The notes below the pieces were generated by a model that was not told the DNA's origin, searched no databases, and was given only the letters and a program-made list of their open reading frames with translations. A stretch of DNA of 64,000 nt from Eledone cirrhosa (lineage: Eukaryota): positions 66,278,001 through 66,342,000 of the forward strand of contig OZ024744.1 of assembly GCA_964016885.1 (NCBI GenBank). The letters run 5' to 3'. How positions within the stretch are numbered: position 1 is the first letter of the stretch; each line of letters opens with the position of its first letter. Shown here piece after piece: positions 1 through 11,890 of the stretch. Made by a program: the position numbers and the translations under genes.

Positions 1-101
1 GATGATGATGATGATGATGATGATGATAATAATAAAATTAAAATATATATATATATACAATGATATTAAATAAATGGAAACTATATTTATAAAACCATAT
101 T

Positions 102-162
102 TATTCTATTATATATATTTCAAGGGTACCAAAATTTTGGTACGCTTTTATCAGATAAAATA
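102..162 (-). ncRNA. Hammerhead copy in the inverted pLTR arm, core mutated (CTGATAA, G8>A)
   Basis: Reverse complement of 2974-3034 with G8>A at position 149. Confidence 0.65.
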
Positions 163-1284
163 CGAAGTGTGTTTTATAAATTTTGACATAACCAAGGAAA
201 TTTTGAAATTGAACTACCAGTCAGACTCATCGTACCATCTAAATCGGACTTAGGCATAATTAGCAAACATATATTAGATAGGATTATACCACTACTTAAA
301 GAAAAATCACACCTTAAACTATGGAACGGTACTAATGAAGTTATAGATTGGTTCAATAACATAAAATTAAAACATAACAAAAAATTCATTCAAATGGATA
401 TTGCAAATTACTACTTTTCTATTTACTTAATAAGGCACTTATCTAAGCGTCTAAACATACAGACCTATCTAGTGATGAAATGAATATAATTCTAACAGCA
501 CGTAAAACACTAATAGAATTTAATAATCATTTCTGGACAGAAAAAACAATTTTGATATCACTATGGGATCATCTGACTCGGTGCAAGTAACGGACCTCGT
601 TGGATTATTTATTAATAATGTACTGCATAGGAAAATGCCAGAGATGACCAGGGGTATATATCGTGATGATATGTTACTTTAAATTGAAAACCATAGCAAT
701 AGTGAAATTAATAGGAAAAGGAAATCCATAATACAATTTTTCAACAACTACAACCTCAAGTTAGAAATAGAGAATAACTACAAAATTGTTAACTTCTTAG
801 ATGTAACCTTAAACTTTAGCACAGGTCTTTACTATCCTTTCCATAAAATTAACGAAAATCTAAATTATGTAAGTTTCAATTCTAATCATCCTAGAAGTAT
901 TAAAAACACTATTGTCAATAGCGTCCAACAACGGATTTAACGCATCTCTGCTAATAAAAATATTTTTGATGATAAGGCTGAATATTATAATGAAGCTTTA
1001 CATAGAGCAGGATACTGGAATATAATTAAATACATAGATAACAATAACATGACAAATCATCCTAGTATTAATTATAATAATAATAAACAATTTAACTTAA
1101 ACACTAAACCAAACAAAAAACTAGAACTAGAAATATTATTTGGTACTCTCCCCCATTCTCATTAAGCGTTAAAATACCTTTAGCAAAGCTATTCTTTAAA
1201 GCACTAGATAAATGTTTTCCTAAAGCCCACAGATACCACTCTATTTTTAACAGACATACTATAAAACTATTCTACTCTACTACT

Positions 1285-1881
1285 ATGAACATAGCACAAA
1301 ATAGAGATAGAATTAATAACAGAAACTTAAATTTAAACCCTAACAAAACTAACCAAAATAGCAATAATAATATTTCAAACAACAATATTGAGAATAATAG
1401 TACCGTTCCGAACAACAACTCCAGAAAATGTAACTGTAGAATTAAATCAAACTCTCCTTTACAAAATAATTGTTTAGACAAAAACGTAGTTTATAAATGC
1501 ACAGTTAAAACTAGAGACAAAATATTTAACTATGTTGGTGCCACTTCAACAAAATTTAAAGAACGCTGGAATAACCACAATCACACATTTAGGAAATCTG
1601 ATAAAAAATCTTCTATTTCACTTTCACATCTAATTTGGAACTTAAAAGACAACAATATAGACTATTCAATATCTTGGATAACGATTTCGAAATCACCTGC
1701 ATACCGAAATATGGCTTTATCAAGATTCTGTAAATTGTGTATCGAAGAAATTTTTTATATAATTAACTGTCAAAACTCTATTAATCTTAGAACAGAATTA
1801 TTTTCTTCTTGCAGACATCGCCAAAATTACACGTTCAGAACTATTTTTAATTTAGAATATTCCTATACACCTTCAAAATGA
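1285..1881 (+). pseudogene. GIY-YIG endonuclease part of the PLE ORF
   Basis: Asn-rich linker, CNCR..PL..CL, VVYKC...YVG, FKERWNNH and CKLC..E motifs. The upstream RT frame is broken by stops and frameshifts. Confidence 0.85.
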
Positions 1882-2973
1882 TCCTAACTTCTTTAAAAAT
1901 TTAAATGTAAATTTTTTAATATTTTTAATATTTCTAATTTTTTTTTATATCTCTAATATTTTTAATATTTTTTAATATATATATTTAATATTTTTAATTC
2001 CGCCATTATTTTAATTCTGACATTATTTTTCTAATGACATCCTTCTAAATATATTTTTTTAGATGGAGATTGATAATCTTTAAATGACATTCTGAAAATT
2101 TATCATCTTTACGATAGTTCTTCGAAAAGCACATTGCGTTTTTCCTCTCTTTTTGATATTCAAACATTCACACATCTTTCGACTAAAATAATTAATCTCA
2201 CACAAAATAATATATAATTTTCTCTATAATTTTGAGTAAATCACTCATCAAATTTAACGGTTAACAGACAAAATTGGAGTTATCTTTCCTTTCTCAATCG
2301 TGCAAACATAAATATATTATGTTTGATAATCTCTATAACTTCGCTAAATTAACAATATTCTGAAAACATTTTCAATGTTGAACAAAATATTCTCCTCTTA
2401 CAAATTGTTCTCCTCTCACAACTTGAACCACCTATTTTTTAAGTAAAATACAAAATCAACATCCTTCGTAACTCATATTTGATATATAAACAACTAATAA
2501 TTGTAAATTATTTCTATTTCTATAATACTAATACATACGCAATTATTAATCTATATAGATATTTATATACATATAACCTATTATAATGTAATAAGATAAA
2601 AATACTTACAATCATAATTCTTCATATAATCTAATTAATTATATATACAATATTATAACTCATCATATAGGTAAATAAATTTAAATTTAAACTCTGGAAT
2701 CATATTCCACTTTTCCCCCAAAAAATTAACGTAAATGCTAGCTCTTCTTCCCTTTTCTTCTTTCCTATGCATACAAACACATATAATTATTTAAATTCTC
2801 CATAGCGTCTAAAATAACGTTTTTTCAGCCCTTTACCTAAACCTCATTTGCATACTCATCTTAATAATTTGAAACACCTGACTTTCCTTCTCTTATCCCT
2901 TCACTATCCAAGGAAAACTTGAACGGTTAAGGTATTTTCCTTCGTTATGTCAAAATTTATAAAACACACTTCG

Positions 2974-3034
2974 TATTTTATCTGATGATAGCGTACCAAA
3001 GTTTTGGTACCCTTGAAATATATATAATAGAATA
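2974..3034 (+). ncRNA. Type-I minimal hammerhead ribozyme in the PLE pLTR
   Basis: Stem I TATTTTAT/ATAGAATA, core CTGATGA (2982-2988), stem II GTACCAA/TTGGTAC, GAAA (3015-3018), palindromic stem III TATATA. Predicted cleavage after A3026. Confidence 0.8.
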
Positions 3035-3420
3035 AATATGGTTTTATAAATATAGTTTCCATTTATTTAATATCATTGAATATTATACTCCAGAAAACTT
3101 GTTGAGTGCTCTGAATCAGTTATAAACATTTATATTTGTTGAATTTCCAACAAATTGAATATCCCTTCTGCTTATATATATATTACCAATACCATTGCAT
3201 CTCCAATAGAGTGGAATTATATCATTTTATGTTACTAGCATTTTATGTTCTTAATCTGATGATGGGGCTAGGAAAATCCCAAGACTTATGGATTTAGGAA
3301 TGGTGTTAACAAATGAAACAACCAAGGACATAACACATCACCCTGTCCTGGAATTGAACTCACAACCTCATAATTGTGAATCCAATTCTCTAACTACTCA
3401 ACCATGCCTCTTCACAATAT

Positions 3421-3995
3421 GCATCATCATCATCATCATCATCATTTTACGTCCACTTTTCCCTGCTTGCAAGGGTGGGACGGGAATTGATTCTGGCTTG
3501 ATTTCTACAGCTGGATGCCCTTCCTAACACCAACCTCATTTACAGTGAGTGTTGGGTGCTTTTGTGCCGTGGCACCTCCACGACCACTTTGCAGTGGAAT
3601 GATAGGGAACCCAGTCCTATCATTAGAGCATTGGCCTTGCAATCGAAAGGTTGTGAATTCAATTCTCAGACCAAGTGATGTGTTGTTTCCTTGAGCAAGA
3701 CACTTTATTTCACATTGCTCCAGTTTACTCAGCTGTAGAAATGAGATGATAGGACTGGAGTCCCTATCATTCCACTGCAAAGTGGTCGTGGAGATGCCAC
3801 AGCAAAAAAAGCACCCAGCCCACACTGTAAAGTGGTCGTGGAGGTGCCACGGCAAAAAAGCACCCAGCACTCACTGTAAATGAGGTTGGTGTTAGGAAGG
3901 GCATCCAGCTGTAGAAATCAAGCCAGAATCAGTTCCCGTCCCACCCTTGCAAGCAGGGAAAAGCGGACGTAAAATGAAATGAAAATGAAAATGAT
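3421..3995. mobile_element. Two head-to-head partial copies of the CORE-like tRNA-SINE (about 3421-3620 minus, 3620-3995 plus)
   Basis: Both share the AGGAAGGGCATCCAGCTGTAGAAATCAAGCCAGAATC box and an RTE-type tail ending in (TGA)n. The plus copy retains the B-box region and the TCCTTGAGCAAGACACTT CORE-like block. Confidence 0.8.
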
Positions 3996-4261
3996 ATATA
4001 TCATAAATCATGTCCTTAGAATTATTAGATAAAATATATACCATTTCCTCTCCCAATTATCATACTTAACCATATAAAAAAATCAATTAGATGTTTATGT
4101 ATATGTAAACCTTTATATTTTATATATATATATATATAACGAAGGAAATGTGGTAAGGAACCAGATGGACCATAACGCACCAAAGTACTCAATACTTAAG
4201 GTAGTAGAGTGGGTAATAGGAACAAATATGACCCCGACGGCAGAGCTCAAACCGTTTCGTT

Positions 4262-4449
<188 letters not shown>

Positions 4450-4700
4450 ATGAAAGGTATAGAAAGTGTTGTAGCAAGAAGCCAACAGTATTCCATAATA
4501 TATAAGTGACTATAGTGTCAAAATGGGAAAATAGTTAACGTAAGATGTGGGAAAAATAATTCAAACTCAATTAAAAAAAAATCAGGATATAGACTTATCC
4601 AACAGAATTTAGTGAAATCCAGGGAAAAATCAATAGAGCCTTAACTCATGATAAAATAAAGTTTAAAATACTTATCCTTCAATTTGGGACAACTACAAAT

Positions 4701-4783
4701 GCTCTGTATAGTCTTGAAAAAGACTATTTCACGTAAACTTTCAATGGAGATGGTCACGGTTGGAATACGATTGTCAGCAGAGC
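4701..4783 (-). ncRNA. Type-I hammerhead fold with core mutated to CTGACAA (G8>A)
   Basis: Minus strand reads GCTCTG-CTGACAA-tCGTA...TACGt-GAAA-TAGTCTT(tttc)AAGACTA-TA-CAGAGC. Stem I is a perfect 6 bp and stem III a perfect 7 bp. Confidence 0.7.
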
Positions 4784-5021
4784 TCAACACGATAGCCAAA
4801 TTCTCACTGATTAATATGCCAAAAAGGAGGCTAGCTTAACATCATGCGTGATAATGAAAATAAAATGCACATGTGGAAAAAACAGGGCTGGTGACGTCAG
4901 AATGAGACGAATGTTTGTTTACATGAAACAACAGTCAAAAACATTCCGAATATATATATATATATATACATATATGTATATATATATTTATACATATACA
5001 TACATATATATACATACATAC

Positions 5022-5072
5022 AGCTTCCTGATGATTTCTCACGAATGAAACAGTTCTAGTCCTGTAGAAGCT
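5022..5072 (+). ncRNA. Compact type-I hammerhead ribozyme with intact core
   Basis: AGCTTC-CTGATGA-tTTC(tcac)GAAt-GAAA-CAG(ttctagtc)CTG-TA-GAAGCT. GUA cleavage triplet, predicted cut after A5066. Confidence 0.8.
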
Positions 5073-5097
5073 CTTCAAATAGGAACAACAACAAAAT

Positions 5098-8000
5098 ATG
5101 AAGACGTCGCATCTCAGAGCTGCAACACTTAATGTTGGCACTCTCAGAGGTAGATCTGCTGAAATAGCAGAGATGCTGGAGAGAAGGCAGGTGGATGTGC
5201 GCTGCATGCAAGAGATGAGATGGAGAGGTGCCTCTGCGAGACTAGTCGTAGGCAAACGTCTTAGCTATAAGCTATTCTGGGTAGGTAAGGATGATGGGTT
5301 AGGAGGAGTAGGCATTTTCCTGGCTGAGAAATGGATCAATAAGACAATAGAGGTAGTTTGAGTTAGTAATCGAAAAATTAAGCTTAGATTAGTTGTACGT
5401 AGGAGACTACTGACAATCATCTCGGCCTATGCTCCCCAAGCAGGCCTAGGCAAAGATGAGAAAGACTGCTTTTATGAGCAACTTTTGCAAACAACCGCAA
5501 TGACAGAGGACGGAGACATCGTTATGCTAGCAGGAGACTTCAATGGTCATGTTGGACAGGTCCAGGATGGTTACACTGGGGTACATGGTGGGCACGGTTA
5601 CGGTTCAAGAAATGAAGAAGGAGTGAGACTTCTTGAATTTTGTGATGCAGGTACATTGACTAACCTGCCAATCACCTACAAATCTGGTGAGCACATAAGC
5701 CAGATTGACTTCTTACTAGTTAGGCAGTGGGACAGGCAGATAGTGTCTAATACCAAGGCATACTCTGGGGAAGAATGTACCCCACAGCATAGGTTAGTTG
5801 TTAGTGATATCTCAGTAAGCAAGAGATGGAATGAGACATATGGGAAGGTGTGGAGAAGAAAGGTCTGGAAGCTAAAAGACCTTTCACTAAAATACAAATT
5901 TAGGAAAGCCCTTCAAGATGTATATGACGAAAAAGAAGACGATTTAGAGACGTATGACATAGATAATAACTGGAATGTCTTATGTGACAACTTGCTGCAG
6001 GCTACTGATGAAACTTGTGGCTGGAGCAGAGCTCCAACCAGACAGAGAGTGACCTGGTGGTGGAACAGCACAGTAGATAAGGCTATTAGAGACAAAAGAC
6101 TAGCATGGAAGGCTTGGAAAAAGGGTGGGAGTAGGGAAGAATATACAGCCACTAAGAGAGAAGCTAGACGTCAGGTGTACTTAGCACGCAGGGAGGCAGA
6201 GAGTAGGAGGTTTGCCAATGTTCTGCGATGGGAAGATCAGAGGCATGCGGTGTTCCACATTGCAAGGCAGTGTGTCAATGCAAATCAGGATGTTGTTGGA
6301 GATAAATGTGTCCGGGATGATGCCGGTGTACTTAGTGTCACGAATGATCAGAAAAAGGAGGCCTGGAAATGTCATTATGAGAGACTGATGAATGTGGAGA
6401 ACAAATGGGAGAGAGAGAAATTACCCTTGGTAGATCCGACAGAGGGACCAGCTATTGAGATTGACGAATATAGGGTCTAAAAGGCGATTAGGGAAATGAA
6501 AAATGGTAAGGCTGCCAGACCAGACCATCGGGAATAGTTGCTGAGATGCTGAAGGTATCAGGGGACGTAGGCACTAAACTGGTTGCACGCATCATCAATC
6601 AGGCTATATATGGTGGTGTCATACCCAAAGACTGGTGCAGTAGTATTCTCATAAATTGCTACAAAGGTAAAGGGGGTGCTCTGGAGAGGAGCAATTATAG
6701 GGGTATAAAACTGATAGATCAGGTTATAAAAGTGGCAGAAAGGATTTTAGCGCAACTAATTAAAGAAAGGGTCAAACTAGATGAGATGCAGTTTGGTTTT
6801 GTGCCTGGGAAGAGTACAACAGATGCCCTCTTCTTGGTGAGACAATTGCAAGAGAGGTTCTTAGAGAAGAATAAGCCACTATACTTAGCCTTTGTTGACC
6901 TAGAGAAGGCTTTGATAGGGTACCCTGATCTGTCATCTGGTGGTCCCTAAGGAAGCTAGGTGTTGAGGAATGGCTTGTGAGGACAGTGCAAACTTTGTAC
7001 AGAGGTACTCTCAGTAAAGTCAGGGTAGGAATGGAGTTTAGTAAGGAATTCCAGATACAAGTAGGAGTACATCAGGGTTCGGTCCTCAGCCCGCTCTTGT
7101 TCATTATAGTCCTCCAAGCCATAACAGAGGTGTTTAAGACTGGCTGTCCATGGGAACTTCTCTATGCTGACGATCTGGTTCTTATAGCAGAATCAGTAGA
7201 GGAGCTAGAGAATAAATTCTGGCTATGGAAACAGCAGTTGGAATCAAGAGGACTGTGAGTGGACCTAGCTAAGACAAAAGTGTTGATGAGTAGAAAAGAG
7301 GACAAAACCCTGTTTGCGTCAGGGAAATGGCCATGTTCGATATGCAGAAAAAGAACTGGCATAAATTCTATAAAATGCACACAATGCAGATCCTGGGTTC
7401 ACAAGAGATGTAGTGGGATGGCAGGCAAACTAACAGGTAGGGAGAAATATGTATGCAGTAGATAGATGTTCGTGATAGACACATTTTTCAAATGCAGGAG
7501 GGCGCTATAGAAGTGGTGGATAGCTTCCGGTACCTAGGAGATCAGATTAGCATGAGAGGGGGTGTTCCGAGGCCATAGTATCTAGAATAAGGATGGGTTG
7601 GAAGAAGTTTAGGGAGCTGCTTCCTCTGTTGACGAAGAAGGGTTTCTCCCTGCGTACGAAAGGCCGGTTGTATGATGCCTGTGTGAGGAGCGCGATGCTG
7701 CATGGTAGTGAGACATGGGCAGCAACTGCAGAGGATATGCGACGGCTGGAGAGAAATGAGGCAAGCTTGCTCCGTTGGATGTGCAGTGTAAATGTGCGTG
7801 AACGACCCAGCATAAATGTGTTGAGAGAGAAACTGTGTCTGAGAGGGATAGAATGTAGTGTACGGGAGAGGAGACTGAGGTGGTTTGGACATGTGATGCG
7901 CATGGAGGATGACCGATGGGTGAAGAAGTGCCAGGAAATGCCAGTTGAAGGAAGACGTGGTAGAGGTAGACCACGAAAAACATGGGCGGAGGTGGTGAGA

Positions 8001-8138
8001 ACAGACCTCAGATCATTGAAGCTCACGGTGGAGATGACGAGGGACCGTGACGAGTGGAGAGATGCTGTGCTGAATAAGACCTATCCCACCCTTGCAAGCA
8101 GGGAAAAGCGGACGTAAAATGATGATGATGATGATGAT
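5098..8138 (+). mobile_element. RTE-clade LINE (family A), near full length, disabled by stops and frameshifts
   Basis: APE motifs: ATLNVGTL, MQE, GDFNGHVG, QIDF, QHR. RT motifs: [25 protein letters not shown] at 7163. C-terminal RRLRWFGHV..GRPRKTW. Very short 3' UTR with a (TGA)n tail. Confidence 0.93.
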
Positions 8139-8184
8139 ATATATATATATATATACACTACATATATATACACTACATATATAT

Positions 8185-8515
8185 ATCATCATCATCATCA
8201 TGACCGTTTTGCGTCCATTCTTCCACGCTAGCATGAGTTAGACGGGTTGTCCTATTGTGGGCTGTGTCTGGTGAGCTGACCATGTCTTGCTCTTACAGGA
8301 ACTGATTCTGGCTTGATTTCTACAGCTGGATGCCCTTCCTAACACCAACCTCATATACAGAGAGTGCTTGGTGCATTTTTGTGGCGGCCACACGTCCACT
8401 TTACAGTGTGGGCTGGGTGCTTTTTTGCCGTGGCACCTCCACGAACACTTTGCAGTGGGAGGGGTTGGGGGGATATTGTCTATATGCTTCAGCTTTGGCT
8501 TGTACCCGTGGGGGA
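8185..8515 (-). mobile_element. 5'-truncated RTE family-B 3' UTR fragment
   Basis: Collinear with 43313-43620, including ATATTGTCTATATGCTTCAGCTT, and has a (TGA)n tail. Confidence 0.75.
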
Positions 8516-8567
8516 TATATATATATACACATATATATATATGTGTGTATATATATACACATATATA

Positions 8568-8631
<64 letters not shown>

Positions 8632-8989
8632 TATGTATATATATATATGTGTGTGTGTATGTATATGTGCATCTCTCTCTATATATATATAAATTTATAT
8701 ATAAGTGCATATGTATATATATATATATGTATATACATATATATATATATATGTATATACATATATATATATATTTATATGTATGTATGTATATATATAT
8801 GTGTGTGTGTATACATATATGTATACGTATATATATATATATATATATATACACAATATATATATATATAGTATTGTTTGTGTGTACATGTGTGTGTATG
8901 GGTGTTTGTTGCTCTGTGCATGTTTATGTGAGGGTGTGAGTGCGAAAGTGTGTAAGGGTGTGTGTATGTGTGTGAGTGCGAAGGTGTGT

Positions 8990-9024
<35 letters not shown>

Positions 9025-9980
9025 CATCTTCCAAGGCCTGTGTTGTGATTGGAAGGGCAAGGAAATAGAAATTGATTGACTGACCTGGTTTTCTCAGGCC
9101 TGTAGTGTTTATTAACAAACAGCAGAGAAACATCTATCCACCTCGACCACCACCACCCCACCCACTATATATCACCCTATAACAGATAGTGAGACAGTCA
9201 GATAGACAAACTACCAGTTAGTCATTCAGCCAGCAAGCCAGCCACTCAGACAACAAGCCAGCCAGTTAAGAAGCCTACCACCCAATCAGCCAGCTAGCTC
9301 ATAACCCAGCCAACCAGCCAAATATTCAGCCAACCTCTCAGCCAGCCAACCACCCACCCAGCCAGTCAAACACCCAACCAGCCAGCCACCCACACAGCTA
9401 GCCAACCATCCAGTCAGCCAGCCAGTCAAACAGCCAGCCACCCAGCCTGCAAGCCATCCAACCTTCTCTCCATCCATCCACCCATCTAAAATAACCAGCC
9501 AGCCAGCCAGCCAAAAAACCAACAACCCAGCCAGCCAGCCAGTGAACCAGCCAACAATCCTACCAACAACCCAGCCAACTTCCCTGCCAGCCAATCAACC
9601 ACCCAGCCAACCACCCTGCCAGCTAAACAGCCAGCTAAACAGCCAGCCAACCACCCAGTCAGCCAATCACCAAGCCAGCCAGCCATCCATTGAACCAGCC
9701 AGACCACCAGCCTACCAACCAGCCAGCCAGCCACCTTTCTATCCATCCATCCATCCATCTATCCATCCATCCATCTATCCATCTATCCATCTATCCAGTT
9801 ATCCAGTCAGCCAGCCATCCTGCAAGCCATCCAGCAAAACCATCAAGCAGTATGTTATAATAGGGAAAAAATCTTCCTGCCCTTGTTTCCCTTGCCTCCC
9901 TATTCCTATTTTTTTTTTTTTTGCTGTGTGTGTGTGTGTGTGTGTGTGCGTGTGCGTGTGTGTATGTGCATGTGTGTGTG

Positions 9981-10019
<39 letters not shown>

Positions 10020-10032
10020 ATGTGTGTGTGTG
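8516..10032. repeat. Compound microsatellites: (TA)n/(TG)n, degenerate (CAGC)n/(CCAT)n at about 9230-9840, then (TG)n
   Basis: Direct reading. Confidence 0.9.
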
Positions 10033-10237
10033 TGGTGCTATAGGGTATGGGGTTGGGATCGGGATTGTTATTTACCCTGAAGGAGTGAGCAATTTAGCAG
10101 TCTGCTATTTATGAGGAAATGCAATGAAGAGAGAAAAAAGAAAAAAAAAAAAAAAAAAAGTTCTAGTAGGATTCCAGACTTTCACATCAATGGAACGGCT
10201 TATTATTATTATTATTATTATTATTACCACTAAACAC

Positions 10238-10239
<2 letters not shown>

Positions 10240-10270
<31 letters not shown>

Positions 10271-10395
10271 ATCGACCACTACCACCAAGAGGCCGATGAT
10301 GATGTTGATGTTGATGTTGACAATGACAACAACGATGACCACCACTACTACTGGCATCATCACCAACACCAACACTGCCAGGTCACCATCATCAC

Positions 10396-10430
<35 letters not shown>

Positions 10431-10684
10431 CAGCAACCAGTACCACGACTCCAACCATCACCACCAGGAGGCCAACCATGACGATGTTGATGATGACAAT
10501 GACAACGACGAAGACGACCAACACCACCACCACCACCACCACCACCACCACCACCACCACCACCACAAGCACCACCACCATCACCACCACCACCAGCACC
10601 ACCATCACCACCACCACCACCAGCGCCACCACCACCACCACCTCCACCACCACCACCACCACCACCACCACCACAAGCACCACC

Positions 10685-10715
<31 letters not shown>

Positions 10716-11074
10716 CCACCACCAGTGCCACCAGCACCACCACCACCACAACCTCCACCACCACCACCACCACCACCACCACCACCACCTCCACCACCAC
10801 CACCACCACCACCACCATCACCACCACCAGCGCCACCACCACCACCATCACCACCACCACCACCACCACCACCACCACCTCCACCACCACCACCAGCGCC
10901 ACCACCACCACCACCACCACCAGCGCCACCACCATCACCACCACCACAAGCACCACCACCACCACCACCACCACCAGCACCACCACCACCACCACAAGCA
11001 CCACCACCACCACCACCACAAGCACCACCACCACAAGCACCACCACCACCACCACCTCCACCACCTCCACCATC

Positions 11075-11105
<31 letters not shown>

Positions 11106-11850
11106 CCACCACCACCACCACCACCACCACCACCACCATCACCACCAGCGCCACCACCTCCACCACCACCACCACCACCACCACCACCACAATGGTGGTA
11201 TTGGTGATGACAACAGCCACCACCACCACCACCACCACAATGATGGTATTGGTGATGACAACAGCCACCACTAGCAATGCCAACATGCCGCCACCACCAC
11301 CACCACCATCACCACCACCACCACAATGGTGGTATTGGTGATGACAACAGCCACCACTAGCAATGCCAACATGCCGCCACCACCACCACCACCACCACCA
11401 CCACCACCACCACAATGGTGGTATTGGTGATGACAACAGCCACCACTAGCAATGCCAACATGCCGCCACCACAAGCACCACCACCACCACCACCACCACC
11501 ACCTCCACCACCACCAGCACCACCACCACCACCACCACAATGGTGGTGGTGGTGATGACAACAGCCACCACTAGCAATGCCAACATGCCGCCACCACAAG
11601 CACCACCACCACCACCACCACCACCACCTCCACCACCACCAGCACCACCACCACCACCACCACAATGGTGGTGGTGGTGATGACAACAGCCACCACTAGC
11701 AATGCCAACATGCCGCCACCACAAGCACCACCACCACCACCACCACCACCACCACCTCCACCACCACCAGCACCACCACCACCACCACCACAATGGTGGT
11801 GGTGGTGATGACAACAGCCACCACTAGCAATGCCAACATGCCGCCATCAG
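10240..11850. repeat. (CAC)n trinucleotide expansion ending in an 86-128 bp higher-order minisatellite
   Basis: About 650 bp of near-pure CAC. CAATGCCAACATGCCGCC then recurs near 11275, 11361, 11450, 11575, 11700 and 11828. Confidence 0.95.
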
Positions 11851-11890
11851 CATGTCCTCATCCTCATCATTATTATAACAATTATTACAA

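Larger units (their letters stand above)
58..3172 (+). mobile_element. Penelope-like retroelement, 5'-truncated and decayed, with an inverted partial pLTR at its 5' end
   Basis: Interrupted RT motifs across about 200-1270: KFIQMDIANYY, FDITMGS, YRDD at 659-670, VNFLDVTLN, SNHP. GIY-YIG ORF at 1285-1881. The 143-bp segment 58-200 is the reverse complement of 2936-3078. Both ends abut (TA)n. Confidence 0.9.

Noticed and set aside
3256-3320. CTGATGA as a hammerhead core
   Set aside because: No GAAA closing the short stem and no stem I complement.
10124-11341. 405-aa Thr-rich (mucin-like) ORF and overlapping Pro- and Val-rich ORFs
   Set aside because: Translation of (CAC)n that stays open in several frames; no splice or codon evidence.
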